64,000 nt of DNA from an uncultured Clostridia bacterium (GTDB lineage: Bacteria > Bacillota > Clostridia > TANB77 > CAG-465), in assembly GCA_934169925.1 (NCBI GenBank), contig CAKPOO010000004.1, positions 65,604 through 129,603 on the forward strand. Direction: 5' to 3'. The notes beneath the pieces were generated by a model. It did no database searches. It saw only the letters and a list, made by a program, of their open reading frames with translations, and was not told the DNA's origin. Both the position numbers and the translations under genes were made by a program. Shown piece after piece: positions 52,918 through 62,696 of this stretch; position 1 is the stretch's first letter; each line of letters starts with the position of its first letter.

Positions 52918-53250
52918 TTACAATATTTTTTTATAAATAGATTCTTTAAAATTTTTATACTCTATTGTTTTTACATAGATGCCAGTATTTTTTGAAAATG
53001 TAAAAATGTTTAGTAAAATTTCAACTATATTATTGTTTTCATAATTTAAAGCTATAAACACAGGAATTGGAAATAAAAAGATAGAAGAAACATAAACTTG
53101 TACTTTGAATGAAAGTTTAAAAAGACTTAAAAATTTAAAAATAGCTAAAACATATATAGAAATAAAAAACAGCCATTTATATTCTATAATACCTAACCAT
53201 TTATTTTTTCTATCAACATATGAAAATATTTTTTCTTTTATTTTTATCAC
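52918..53250 (-). CDS. Small two-TM membrane protein, part of the T4SS-like cluster
   Basis: Hydrophobic profile and operon position. Confidence 0.35.
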   Translation of the reverse strand: MIKIKEKIFSYVDRKNKWLGIIEYKWLFFISIYVLAIFKFLSLFKLSFKVQVYVSSIFLFPIPVFIALNYENNNIVEILLNIFTFSKNTGIYVKTIEYKNFKESIYKKIL

Positions 53251-53254
53251 CTAC

Positions 53255-54052
53255 TTATTTTTGAAAAAATTGACTAGTTATTCCATTTATCTTATATAAC
53301 ATATAAACGCTTCCTATCATTATAACTTGGTATAATTCCTCATCTAAATTTTTACACATAAGAGGTATACAAATTATAAAATAACCTATAAATTGTTGAA
53401 TAATATTGATTATAAAAACTTTTGTTAAAGATAAAAATATCCAACTTGTATTTTTTCTTGATAAAAAAATTAATGAAATTGGAAATAACATGATAGCTAA
53501 AATTATAGTTACATATCTTATAGAAAAATTAATTAAAATAGAAATACAACCAAAAGATACTGTAGTTTTTAAAACTCCACTTAAACTTAGCATATCTTGT
53601 CCTAAGACCTGATTTACACTTATTATTTCATCTTTTAAATTTACAAATGATATATCAGATTTTATAACACTAGTAAATAGTTTGTCTATACAAAACAAAA
53701 TAGAATCTGAAAGTTCAAAAAAGATTTCAAATATAAATTTAAAATTTTGTATTATTATCCCAATTACAACTATTTTAAATAAAAACAAATATATATTTTC
53801 ACTTTCTTTTCCATTATATAAATTTATTATTTTTATTGTTACAAAATAAATGACATACATAAAAAGAAGGGTTAAGCAAATCAAAACATAATTATTATAA
53901 AACTTTTTATCAAAAAAATCTTTAAGAGGAGATATTTCTAAGATATCAGATCTTATTATGAAAATTTTATCCATTAATTCATATATTTTACTATCAACTG
54001 ATGCATATATTTTTTCTAATGTAACATTTAAATTACTTATTATATCATTCAT
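53255..54052 (-). CDS. Polytopic membrane protein with VirB6/TrbL-like topology (putative)
   Basis: About 6 TM; context next to the VirB2-like protein and the ATPase. Confidence 0.35.
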   Translation of the reverse strand: MNDIISNLNVTLEKIYASVDSKIYELMDKIFIIRSDILEISPLKDFFDKKFYNNYVLICLTLLFMYVIYFVTIKIINLYNGKESENIYLFLFKIVVIGIIIQNFKFIFEIFFELSDSILFCIDKLFTSVIKSDISFVNLKDEIISVNQVLGQDMLSLSGVLKTTVSFGCISILINFSIRYVTIILAIMLFPISLIFLSRKNTSWIFLSLTKVFIINIIQQFIGYFIICIPLMCKNLDEELYQVIMIGSVYMLYKINGITSQFFQK

Positions 54053-54053
54053 T

Positions 54054-54401
54054 TTATTTTAATATTGTTTGTAAAAAAGATATTATCCAATCTAAGCTTA
54101 ATACTAATGCATATCCAACTATAGCGTTTATAATTACTTTTTTACCTTTAGCCAATTTTTCCTCATCCCCAAAGCTTAATTTTCTCATTAAAATTCCAAC
54201 AATTAAAGCAATACTTGCAATTGGTGTTGCAAGAGTTTCTAAATATGTTATTATTTTTTTCATTGCACTATTAAGTTTTGTAACTAACGTTGGATTTGTC
54301 GTTGTTGCACCATATACAAGACTAAAGCTTATAAAAAAACAAAAGAGTATTAAACTTAAAATTATTTTTTTGTTTTTTAATTTTTTTACTTTAATTTTCA
54401 T
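54054..54401 (-). CDS. VirB2/TrbC-like pilin-topology protein (signal peptide plus two hydrophobic helices)
   Basis: 115 aa with a signal-like N-terminus ...SLVYGATT and two TM segments. 4-nt overlap with the upstream ATPase gene. Confidence 0.4.
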   Translation of the reverse strand: MKIKVKKLKNKKIILSLILFCFFISFSLVYGATTTNPTLVTKLNSAMKKIITYLETLATPIASIALIVGILMRKLSFGDEEKLAKGKKVIINAIVGYALVLSLDWIISFLQTILK

Positions 54402-56068
54402 TCATCACCCTCCTTAAAATTTTTCATATTTACCTTTTCAAACAAATTTATATTATATCCATCAGATATTAAACACATAGCTTCAAAAGTTTTTAAATCT
54501 TGAGAAAAGAATTTCTCACTATACTTATATTCGTAGATATTATTATAATTATAACTTTTTGAAATTGATGTTTTATAACTTTTAAAATTTTTAGTAATAA
54601 AACTATATTTTGAATTATTTCCATTTTCACTATATGATGAATTTTTAACTATTTTATTTATCTTACCAATTTGTTTTATTATTTTTTCTATTGTATATAA
54701 GTCATCATTTCTAAACCAAATTTTATTAACAAAATTTTGAATAATAACATCAGATGTTTTTTCATTGTTTAAACTATTATAAATTGATGAATAACTTTGA
54801 ACAGCAACTACATTTATACAATTATATTCTCTTGATAAAGAAAAAAAGTGTGCATCTTCAGCATTTACAATTTCTTGAAATTCATCTGCAACAAAAAATA
54901 TAGGTTTATTTGATTTATTAGATAAAATAAATCTTTGAAATTCTAATTTTAAATATGTAGCTATTATTTTAGTTAAATTCATATTTTCTCCAAAATTTAA
55001 AGATAAAATATAAATTTTTTCATCAAAATTTAGTCTATCCTTAATTGTACAAAAACTTTTATATATCCCATAGTCATTCGAAAAAATATTTGTTATTCTC
55101 GTTATTTCTGCATTTATAATATTTTTAGTTCTTGAATCTAAATTAAAGTATTCATTATTTATAACAAAAAATGCATTATTAAATTCAAATACTTTATCTT
55201 CTGTATAATTTTTAGTTAATATGTTTTCTTTTGCTTTTAATAATAATTCATTTAAAAAATCATTTTTACAAATAACATCATTTAAATTTTTAAAATTTAT
55301 TTTTTCTCCTGCAATTTCTAAAATACACAAAAAAGCTCTTGTATACATTTCCACTTTATCAAGCCAAAAAGATTCCGTATTTTTTCCATTTGAAATTATA
55401 TTTAATATTTTCTTTATATCAGCAGATTTTTCAAAATTTGATATATTTGATGCAAGTGGATTATATTTAAAATTACTATTTAATGAAATTACTTCAATCT
55501 TTTTTTGTACATTGTATTTCTTACATATCTTTTCTAAGGTGCTATAATAATTTCCTTTTATATCGATAATAAGTCCTGTTAAATTTTTATTAATTAATCC
55601 TGTAACAATATTGTTTATTGCAGTTGATGTTTTTCCACTACCGATACTTCCAGTTATTAAAACATTTTGATAAAGACCTTTTATTGGTACATATATTTCG
55701 TTATTAACTGTTTTTCCTAAATAAATTAAATCATCATTGTCTAATCTTTTATTTTCTTTTTTTAATTTTACATTAGCCACTTTCAAATTTATTTTAAATA
55801 CTATTATTAAAATAAATATAAAAGACTCCAATAAATATAATACCTTAAAAATTAACTCATTTTTAAAAATTTGACTTAAACAAATATTTTTTGAAAATAT
55901 CTTTAGATAGATAAAATTGAAAGATAAAAATTTATAAGTTATAGAAATTTTAAATAAAAATAAAGAAATAGTTTGAATAAAAATGTAAAATATAAAAAAT
56001 ATTTTTTGAGATAAGTTGAATTGGTTAAAAAAAATCTTAGATAAAACATTATTATTTTGACTTACCAA
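54398..56068 (-). CDS. TraD/TrwB/VirD4-like P-loop NTPase with N-terminal TM segments (T4SS coupling-protein-like)
   Basis: NVLITGSIGSGKTSTA...GLIIDIKGNYY (Walker A plus the xxDpKG-like motif) and FFVADEFQEI (Walker B); N-terminal TMs. Confidence 0.55.
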   Translation of the reverse strand: MVSQNNNVLSKIFFNQFNLSQKIFFIFYIFIQTISLFLFKISITYKFLSFNFIYLKIFSKNICLSQIFKNELIFKVLYLLESFIFILIIVFKINLKVANVKLKKENKRLDNDDLIYLGKTVNNEIYVPIKGLYQNVLITGSIGSGKTSTAINNIVTGLINKNLTGLIIDIKGNYYSTLEKICKKYNVQKKIEVISLNSNFKYNPLASNISNFEKSADIKKILNIISNGKNTESFWLDKVEMYTRAFLCILEIAGEKINFKNLNDVICKNDFLNELLLKAKENILTKNYTEDKVFEFNNAFFVINNEYFNLDSRTKNIINAEITRITNIFSNDYGIYKSFCTIKDRLNFDEKIYILSLNFGENMNLTKIIATYLKLEFQRFILSNKSNKPIFFVADEFQEIVNAEDAHFFSLSREYNCINVVAVQSYSSIYNSLNNEKTSDVIIQNFVNKIWFRNDDLYTIEKIIKQIGKINKIVKNSSYSENGNNSKYSFITKNFKSYKTSISKSYNYNNIYEYKYSEKFFSQDLKTFEAMCLISDGYNINLFEKVNMKNFKEGDE

Positions 56069-56369
56069 GTTGCTATTTATATCATTTTGATTTTCTGGTG
56101 ATATTTTTTGTAACTTTTTACCTACAGTACAAAAAAATATTCATTTATCAACGAAACGATATAAAAATAGAATTAAAGAAATTGAAATAAAAACTATATC
56201 GATAAAAATCATTCAACTCACCTCCCATAACATTGTAATACAGATTTTCAAAATATCAACTTAATTTATCAATTATTACATTTTATTACAATTCTTGTTG
56301 TTTTTCGACAACATTTTTTGATATATTTTTATAATTTTTAAATTTTTTAAAATTTTTTTATTTTTTCTA

Positions 56370-56399
56370 TTGACTTTTTAATAAAAGTGTAGTATTATT
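56370..56399 (+). promoter_or_regulatory. Sigma-A promoter for the tRNA cluster
   Basis: TTGACT, 18 nt, TATTAT. Confidence 0.55.
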
Positions 56400-56417
56400 A
56401 ATACGCAATACAGTTGT

Positions 56418-56493
56418 GGGCTATTAGCTCAGTTGGCAGAGCACTTGACTTTTAATCAAGTTGTCCGCAGTTCGAACCTGCGATAGCTCACCA
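56418..56493 (+). tRNA. tRNA-Lys(UUU)
   Basis: Cloverleaf, anticodon loop CUUUUAA, encoded CCA. Confidence 0.9.
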
Positions 56494-56501
56494 CTTTTTT
56501 T

Positions 56502-56576
56502 GGCCCGTTGGTCAATCGGTTAAGACATCGCCCTTTCACGGCGGAGTGGGGAGTTCGACTCTCCCACGGGTCACCA
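56502..56576 (+). tRNA. tRNA-Glu(UUC)
   Basis: Acceptor GGCCCGT/ACGGGTC, anticodon loop CUUUCAC, CCA. Confidence 0.85.
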
Positions 56577-56586
56577 TGTATTGCAT

Positions 56587-56662
56587 GCTGGAATAGCTCA
56601 GCAGGTAGAGCAACGGTCTTGTAAACCGTAGGTCGCCCGTTCGATTCGGGCTTTCAGCTCCA
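56587..56662 (+). tRNA. tRNA-Thr(UGU)
   Basis: Acceptor GCTGGAA/TTTCAGC, anticodon loop CUUGUAA, CCA. Confidence 0.85.
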
Positions 56663-56675
56663 TAAAAATATGTTT

Positions 56676-56706
56676 TAGATCCTTTACCGATTGAGGGATC
56701 TATTTT
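56676..56706 (+). terminator. Terminator after the tRNA cluster
   Basis: AGATCCttt...gaGGGATCT plus a T-run. Confidence 0.65.
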
Positions 56707-56813
56707 TTATACTTTTTTTATTTTTTCTTTCAAATTAAGTTGACATAATTTTTAACGTGTGTTATTCTATTATTGTAAATAATATGAATTTCTTTTAATT
56801 ATGGAGGAAGCTT

Positions 56814-57149
56814 ATGAGAAAAAATTCAAATTTGAAATCAAAAATTAAAACCAACATTATCATTATTGTTATAACACTACTGATAATCATAACATTCTTT
56901 TATTGTATTTATTATTCTGAGCATAACGGACAAATATCTCAAAGTACTGGTGTTATTACTTATAAAGAGTATGTAAAAGGTAATGAATATATAAAAAGAC
57001 CTCTTATTTTACAAAATGGTAAAATAATATATTTAGATTATTTCAGTTCTGATTATGAAAAAATAGAAGTTGGTAAGGAATACAAACTTGAAATTTCAAA
57101 TTCAGGCGACAGATATTTCTTAAACAAAATTATTGAAGTTATCGAGTAA
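56814..57149 (+). CDS. Small membrane-anchored hypothetical protein
   Basis: RBS GGAGG; N-terminal TM; hairpin terminator follows at 57151-57185. Confidence 0.5.
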   Translation: MRKNSNLKSKIKTNIIIIVITLLIIITFFYCIYYSEHNGQISQSTGVITYKEYVKGNEYIKRPLILQNGKIIYLDYFSSDYEKIEVGKEYKLEISNSGDRYFLNKIIEVIE

Positions 57150-57189
57150 AAAAATCCCATCAGATAATACTGGTGGGATTTTTTATACA

Positions 57190-58062
57190 TTATTGATAAT
57201 TTTCATATATATAATTTGAAATTTTAACAAAATCTTCTACTTGTAACTCTTCAGCTCTTACATTTGAAGATATTTCATTTTTATTTAGTATTTCTATATA
57301 TTCATTTTTATTTAAATTTAAAAATTTAGCTGCTTCTAATGAATTTAATAATTTCTTTCTTCTATTTGTAAAACTTGCTTTAACTAATTTTTTTAACAAA
57401 TCCATGTCTTTTATATCATACTTTTTATTTTTTATAATACTAACAACTGCAGAATCTACATTTGGTGATGGTACAAAGCATTCACGTGGCACATTTATCT
57501 TTATACTTGCATCTGCAACTAAATCTATCATTACTGTTAATACTCCAAAGTCTTTACATTTATTTTTTGAAATAATTCTATCTGCTACTTCTTTTTGTAC
57601 CATTACATTTATTCTTGTGATTCTTTTTGAATCTTCTAATAATTTAAATATGATCGGTGAAGTTATATAATATGGTAAGTTTGCTATTACCTTTACATCG
57701 TCAAATTTATGATTTAATTTTTCTTCTATTTCACTAATTTTTTTATCAATATCTAACGTTAAAATATCTTGATTGATAAGCATAAAATTTGTTCTATCTT
57801 TAAATCTATCATTTAAAACTTTTATCATATTATTATCTATTTCTACAAGAAGTGCAAATCTTGAATTATCCAATAAATATTCAGTAAGATTACCAAGACC
57901 TGGACCTATTTCTATTATTAAATCATTATTTCTTATCTCTGATACTTCTACTATTTTATCTAAGATATTATCATCAACTAAAAAGTTTTGTCCAAATCTT
58001 TTATTAGCAGTTAAATTATATTTATTTAACAAAGCTTTTGTTTTTATTAATGTATTTTCCAT
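57190..58062 (-). CDS. rsmA: 16S rRNA (adenine1518/1519-N6)-dimethyltransferase KsgA/RsmA
   Basis: FGQNFLVD and EIGPGLGNLT SAM motifs. Start is MENTLIK, with RBS AAGGAAA. Confidence 0.92.
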   Translation of the reverse strand: MENTLIKTKALLNKYNLTANKRFGQNFLVDDNILDKIVEVSEIRNNDLIIEIGPGLGNLTEYLLDNSRFALLVEIDNNMIKVLNDRFKDRTNFMLINQDILTLDIDKKISEIEEKLNHKFDDVKVIANLPYYITSPIIFKLLEDSKRITRINVMVQKEVADRIISKNKCKDFGVLTVMIDLVADASIKINVPRECFVPSPNVDSAVVSIIKNKKYDIKDMDLLKKLVKASFTNRRKKLLNSLEAAKFLNLNKNEYIEILNKNEISSNVRAEELQVEDFVKISNYIYENYQ

Positions 58063-58104
58063 ATTTTCCTTTCTAAAAAAAGTAGCTGCTATAAGCAACT
58101 ACTT

Positions 58105-59169
58105 TTAAATTGTTCCCCTTGATATAAGTGAATTTTTTACACTTATTACTCTATTGCTATATGCTCTATTTAATATACCTTGTGAGAAACATTGTGAATA
58201 ATATGCTGCATCTCCCATATTATATGAGTTTAAAGCATAAACTTCAACAGAATCTTCTGATACAAATTTTCTTGCATTATTCATATATAATGATAACATA
58301 TATGCTCCAGATGTCATATTATCATATGGATCAAATAAATCTGTAACACCTAATTTACTAGATAAATTTGAATAATTAGAATAATGTATTTGGCATAAGC
58401 CATATGCTGTTCCACTTGATGCATTTACATTAAATCCACTTTCGCAATACATAACTGCAAGCAATAATTCATACTGTATGCCATACTTTTTACATATATT
58501 ATACGCATATTCTTGATATTCTCTTGAAAGTGGTATGTTATAATACCTAAATCCTGCATCTGTAGCTGATGATGCAACAGATTGAACAATATTACTTCTT
58601 GAAGATGTAATAATTTTTGTACCTATTTCTATTACTTGATTTTCTACCTCAGATAATACTTCAGTACCAATTTTTGCTCTTTCTACTACTTCACCATTAT
58701 TATATCTTACTAAATATTTTGTACATATTTTTCCATCTTTTCCTTCTTTTAAAACATTTGTTACTCCCCTATCTAAAGTTGAGTTATTTTGTTTTTCTTC
58801 TTCATAAGGAACATCTTCTATAACTTCTTCAATTTTAGCAATTATAACCTGATTATCTTTAATCATTTTATCAATATCAATCTTTGCTAATTGATCTGTA
58901 CTTTCAATTTCAATAACCATACCATTTTCTAATTCAGTAGAAGTCTCAGGCCATATTTTTTCATTATTATTTAATGATATTTTATTTTGAATTAAAAAAT
59001 CTTGAACATTTGTTGCCATGGTTTTTATTGTTTGTTTATCACCATGATAGTCTAAAGTAACTGTTTTTAATTGTGAGTTAATCATAAATAGACCAACTGT
59101 TGAAAAAAACAAAATTAAGCAAATTACTGTGAAAGTCTTTCTTACATAATAAGCTTTATCTTCTTTCAC
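58105..59169 (-). CDS. Membrane-anchored G5-domain lytic transglycosylase (YabE-like position upstream of ksgA)
   Basis: G5-like KEGKDGKICTKYLVRYNNGEVV and a C-terminal SLT-like CESGFN...AYGLCQI. Confidence 0.7.
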   Translation of the reverse strand: MKEDKAYYVRKTFTVICLILFFSTVGLFMINSQLKTVTLDYHGDKQTIKTMATNVQDFLIQNKISLNNNEKIWPETSTELENGMVIEIESTDQLAKIDIDKMIKDNQVIIAKIEEVIEDVPYEEEKQNNSTLDRGVTNVLKEGKDGKICTKYLVRYNNGEVVERAKIGTEVLSEVENQVIEIGTKIITSSRSNIVQSVASSATDAGFRYYNIPLSREYQEYAYNICKKYGIQYELLLAVMYCESGFNVNASSGTAYGLCQIHYSNYSNLSSKLGVTDLFDPYDNMTSGAYMLSLYMNNARKFVSEDSVEVYALNSYNMGDAAYYSQCFSQGILNRAYSNRVISVKNSLISRGTI

Positions 59170-59346
59170 TATTACTCCTCCTTAATTAGTGCTTTTATTA
59201 TACTATATCACTTAATGTTTGTCAAATAAATTAATTATCATTATTCTTTACTTTTTGTTGATTTACATACCTCTTTTGTGATACAATTTTATACATATTA
59301 TGTTTATATTTTAAATTTATTACTAATACATTACGGAGGTATTATT

Positions 59347-59859
59347 ATGAAAAATAGAGGATTTGAGATTTGCTCATATTACGAAAATCAAGGTTTAGAA
59401 TTGCCTGTTAGAAAAACAAAAAATTCTGTAGGATACGATTTAAAAGCAGCAAAAGATACTGTAATTCCAAGTATATGGAAAACAGTTTTTGAAAACTTTA
59501 AGCTTAAACTTTCTGGTAATAATGAATTTAAAGAATTAAAACCAACACTTGTTGAAACTGGAATAAAATCATATTTTAATGAAGATGAAATATTGGTGCT
59601 TGCAAATAAAAGTTCATTTCCATTAAAATTTGGACTAGTACTTTCAAATAGTATTGGTATTATAGAATCTGATTATTACAACTGCGAAGCAAACGAAGGC
59701 AATTTAATGTATGCTTACTATAATTTTTCTTTTTCAGATAAAATAATAAAAAAAGGAGAAACTGTTGGACAAGCATATTTTCAAAAATTTTTAATTGCTG
59801 ATGAAGACTGTGCTACTGGTGTAAGAAAAGGTGGTTTTGGAAGTACAGGAATAAAATAA
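59347..59859 (+). CDS. dut: dUTP diphosphatase (trimeric dUTPase family)
   Basis: SVGYDL motif and C-terminal RKGGFGSTG. RBS GGAGGT precedes ATG 59347. Confidence 0.8.
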   Translation: MKNRGFEICSYYENQGLELPVRKTKNSVGYDLKAAKDTVIPSIWKTVFENFKLKLSGNNEFKELKPTLVETGIKSYFNEDEILVLANKSSFPLKFGLVLSNSIGIIESDYYNCEANEGNLMYAYYNFSFSDKIIKKGETVGQAYFQKFLIADEDCATGVRKGGFGSTGIK

Positions 59860-59903
59860 AAGTATTGATTTGATTTTTAAATTATGATAAAATATTCTCC
59901 GCT

Positions 59904-60512
59904 ATGAAAAGGAGGATTTTTTTGAAATACATATATTTATACATAAAAAATGAATTAGTTGAAGAGTGTTTAAAATATGGGATGAAATTATCCGAATTTT
60001 CAAATAAAGTTTTAACAACTAGTGATAATTCCACAAAATCTGGTATAGTTGCCTTTTTATCACCTTATGATTCTGAACTATATTATGATGATTCATATAC
60101 ATGTTTAAAAATAGCAACAGCTAATATTAACTGTTATATTTTTAATGAAACTTGTATTTATGATAAAAAAATATCTGATGATTTTTTTGTTTCTATTGAA
60201 GATTATCATATTGGTAGCTTTGAAGAACCTTATGCTCTTATAACATCAACAATATTACCAGAAAATTTGTTTTTATATAATAAAATATTAGATACACCAA
60301 TTTTAATTGAAAATTCAAAAGAATATTATTATAAAAAATCTATTAATGATATGCTAGAAAATGATATTTTTTCAAATTATGAAATATATCAACTTTTATT
60401 ACTTCTTGGAAATAAAAAGAATTCTTTTAATAAAATCGATGTAAATGATCGTCTAAAAATATACGTAGATAAAATATCAGGGAAAAAATATACTAAAAAA
60501 AGTAGCATCTAG
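59904..60512 (+). CDS. Hypothetical protein (202 aa)
   Basis: ORF with a downstream hairpin terminator at 60496-60525. Confidence 0.45.
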   Translation: MKRRIFLKYIYLYIKNELVEECLKYGMKLSEFSNKVLTTSDNSTKSGIVAFLSPYDSELYYDDSYTCLKIATANINCYIFNETCIYDKKISDDFFVSIEDYHIGSFEEPYALITSTILPENLFLYNKILDTPILIENSKEYYYKKSINDMLENDIFSNYEIYQLLLLLGNKKNSFNKIDVNDRLKIYVDKISGKKYTKKSSI

Positions 60513-60527
60513 CTACTTTTTTCATAT

Positions 60528-61751
60528 TTATTCTACTAAAACTATGTCATATCGTTCTATTTTTAAATCTTTGTTTAAACCTAAATTTACATATTCTTCA
60601 TCATTTAAGTTTTCTATAATACAAGTAACATCACTTTCAGCTTTAACTTTTATTGGAACATCAATATATTTTCCACCGTAAATCAAAGTTACATATGAAT
60701 ATCTACCATCATCAGAAGTTTTTATAGCATCTTTTACTACCATCATTCCTTGTGTTGTATTCCAGATTATTTTAAGACTTTCTATTCTACTATTTATCAA
60801 ATGTTCAATGTAATTATATATTTCAAACACCGCATAAAAGTAATCTTTATCTTCTGCCTGAATTGTTTTTAAAAGATATGCTGGAATTTCAATATTTGCA
60901 TTATCATTTAGTTTTAATTTATAATTTTTTCCTGAAACTGCATAATCTTTCATTGAAATATCAATTTTTGAAACAACATATGCTTTAAAATTATCAACAA
61001 TTTTTATTCCAAATTCATTATTTTTAGTATTTTCATATTTTAAAAAGAATTCATCTAAATCTTGAAATGATGCACTTTCTATATTTTTACTATCTAAAAG
61101 TCCTTCTAAAGTATCTATTTTATATGTAACTATACCTGATACATTAGATTTTATATTTTTTGAAGACTCTTTTGATTTAGAAATAATATCAGCTCTTTGT
61201 TTAACAAGTTCTTGTATTTTTGAACCATCTGGACTAAGATTTGCAAGTATTTCTACTTTTCTTGATGTTAAATTATTAATTTTATTCTTATATTCTAACA
61301 TTTTTATATATGAATTTGTTTCATATGCTTCTTTTATAACTAAATTAATTTGTTTATCAATATTTACAATTTCTGTTGAATATGTATATGGTAAATCTTT
61401 AATTAATGTAGATATTTGTTCATCAATTTTTTGTATACTTTCTTCATATTCATTATTTTCAGAATTTTTATACACAGCTACAATTCCATCTTTTGCAACT
61501 CTTGTTCCATCTTCAATAGATGTAACAATTGAAGATGATTTATCATAATCTATAATTGTTTCATCTTTTACAATCATACATTCAGAATCACAACTTTTTT
61601 CAATAGTTCCATTTATTACAGTAAAAGTAGTTTTGTCACTTAGCGCATCACTATTAAAAAATAGAACTGCCATTAATAAAATTATAATTATTATAATAAA
61701 AAATATAACTATCTTTTTTGAAAAAAATTTTTTAAAACTACTTTTTTTCAT
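60528..61751 (-). CDS. HlyD-family membrane-fusion-like protein (orphan)
   Basis: N-terminal TM, lipoyl-like beta segments, a long coiled coil, C-terminal beta domain. No adjacent transporter. Confidence 0.45.
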   Translation of the reverse strand: MKKSSFKKFFSKKIVIFFIIIIIILLMAVLFFNSDALSDKTTFTVINGTIEKSCDSECMIVKDETIIDYDKSSSIVTSIEDGTRVAKDGIVAVYKNSENNEYEESIQKIDEQISTLIKDLPYTYSTEIVNIDKQINLVIKEAYETNSYIKMLEYKNKINNLTSRKVEILANLSPDGSKIQELVKQRADIISKSKESSKNIKSNVSGIVTYKIDTLEGLLDSKNIESASFQDLDEFFLKYENTKNNEFGIKIVDNFKAYVVSKIDISMKDYAVSGKNYKLKLNDNANIEIPAYLLKTIQAEDKDYFYAVFEIYNYIEHLINSRIESLKIIWNTTQGMMVVKDAIKTSDDGRYSYVTLIYGGKYIDVPIKVKAESDVTCIIENLNDEEYVNLGLNKDLKIERYDIVLVE

Positions 61752-61759
61752 AATATCTC

Positions 61760-62695
61760 CTATATACCAACATCTTCTTTTATTTTTTCTACTAAAACTT
61801 CTTTATCTTTGTTACCATCTAAATAAATACAATTTAATTTATTTTTAAACCAAGTAACTTGCCTTTTTGCATAGTTTCTTGTTTCTTTTTTTAATTTTCC
61901 AATACAATTTTCAAGACTATCTTTACCTTTAAAATATGGAAAGAACTCTTTATATCCTATAGCTTGCATACAAGTAAGATTGTTTGGTAAATTAAGATTA
62001 AATACTTCTTTTGCCTCTTCTAAAACACCTTGCTTTACCATTAAATCAACTCTGTAATTAATTCTATCATATAAAATTTCTCTTGGAAAATCTATACAAA
62101 AAACATAAAAATCATATTTAGTTTCTAAATTTTTGATTCTATTTTCCTCTTCTTCCATATGTTTAGATTTTGATTTTTCTGAATTTTTAGCTATTTCTAA
62201 AGCTCTTATTACTCTTTTAACATTATTTGCATGAATAGTTTTTGCAGAAGAAGGATCAACTTCTTCTAGCATTTTGTATAAAACATCGTTACCTTTTGTT
62301 TTTGCTATATTTTCAAGTTCTTCTCTATATTTATAATCTATTTCTTGTTCATCAAATTGCATATCTTTTACTACACTTGTCACATATAGTCCTGTACCAC
62401 CAACAATAATAGGAACTTTATTTCTACTTAATATTTCTTCTATTTTATCATAACATAGAGCTTTAAAATCTGCAACACTAAAGCTTTCATCTATATTACA
62501 AATATCAATCATATGATGTGGTATTCCTTCTGTTTCTTCTTTTGTTACTTTAGCCGTTGCTATATCTAAACCTTTATATATTTGCATTGAATCTGCTGAT
62601 ATTATTTCTCCACCTACAGCTTTTGCAAGTTTTACACCTAAAGATGTTTTTCCAGAAGCTGTTGGTCCTACTATACAAATTACTTTATCTTTCAT
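61760..62695 (-). CDS. miaA: tRNA dimethylallyltransferase
   Basis: P-loop GPTASGKT and MiaA-family sequence. Confidence 0.95.
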   Translation of the reverse strand: MKDKVICIVGPTASGKTSLGVKLAKAVGGEIISADSMQIYKGLDIATAKVTKEETEGIPHHMIDICNIDESFSVADFKALCYDKIEEILSRNKVPIIVGGTGLYVTSVVKDMQFDEQEIDYKYREELENIAKTKGNDVLYKMLEEVDPSSAKTIHANNVKRVIRALEIAKNSEKSKSKHMEEEENRIKNLETKYDFYVFCIDFPREILYDRINYRVDLMVKQGVLEEAKEVFNLNLPNNLTCMQAIGYKEFFPYFKGKDSLENCIGKLKKETRNYAKRQVTWFKNKLNCIYLDGNKDKEVLVEKIKEDVGI

Positions 62696-62696
62696 A

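Noticed and set aside
54398-56068. Interpreting the 556-aa ATPase as VirB4
   Set aside because: Its size (~550 aa) and N-terminal TM anchoring fit a coupling protein (TraD/TrwB/TcpA-like) better than an ~800-aa soluble VirB4. It is left as T4CP-like with moderate confidence.
50924-58823. Antisense ORFs within dnaI, the T4SS-like genes, ksgA and the G5/SLT gene (50924-51166, 51611-51922, 53105-53299, 53406-53612, 55221-55547, 57404-57670, 57773-58108, 58128-58346, 58617-58823)
   Set aside because: All are embedded opposite stronger coding frames with low-complexity products.
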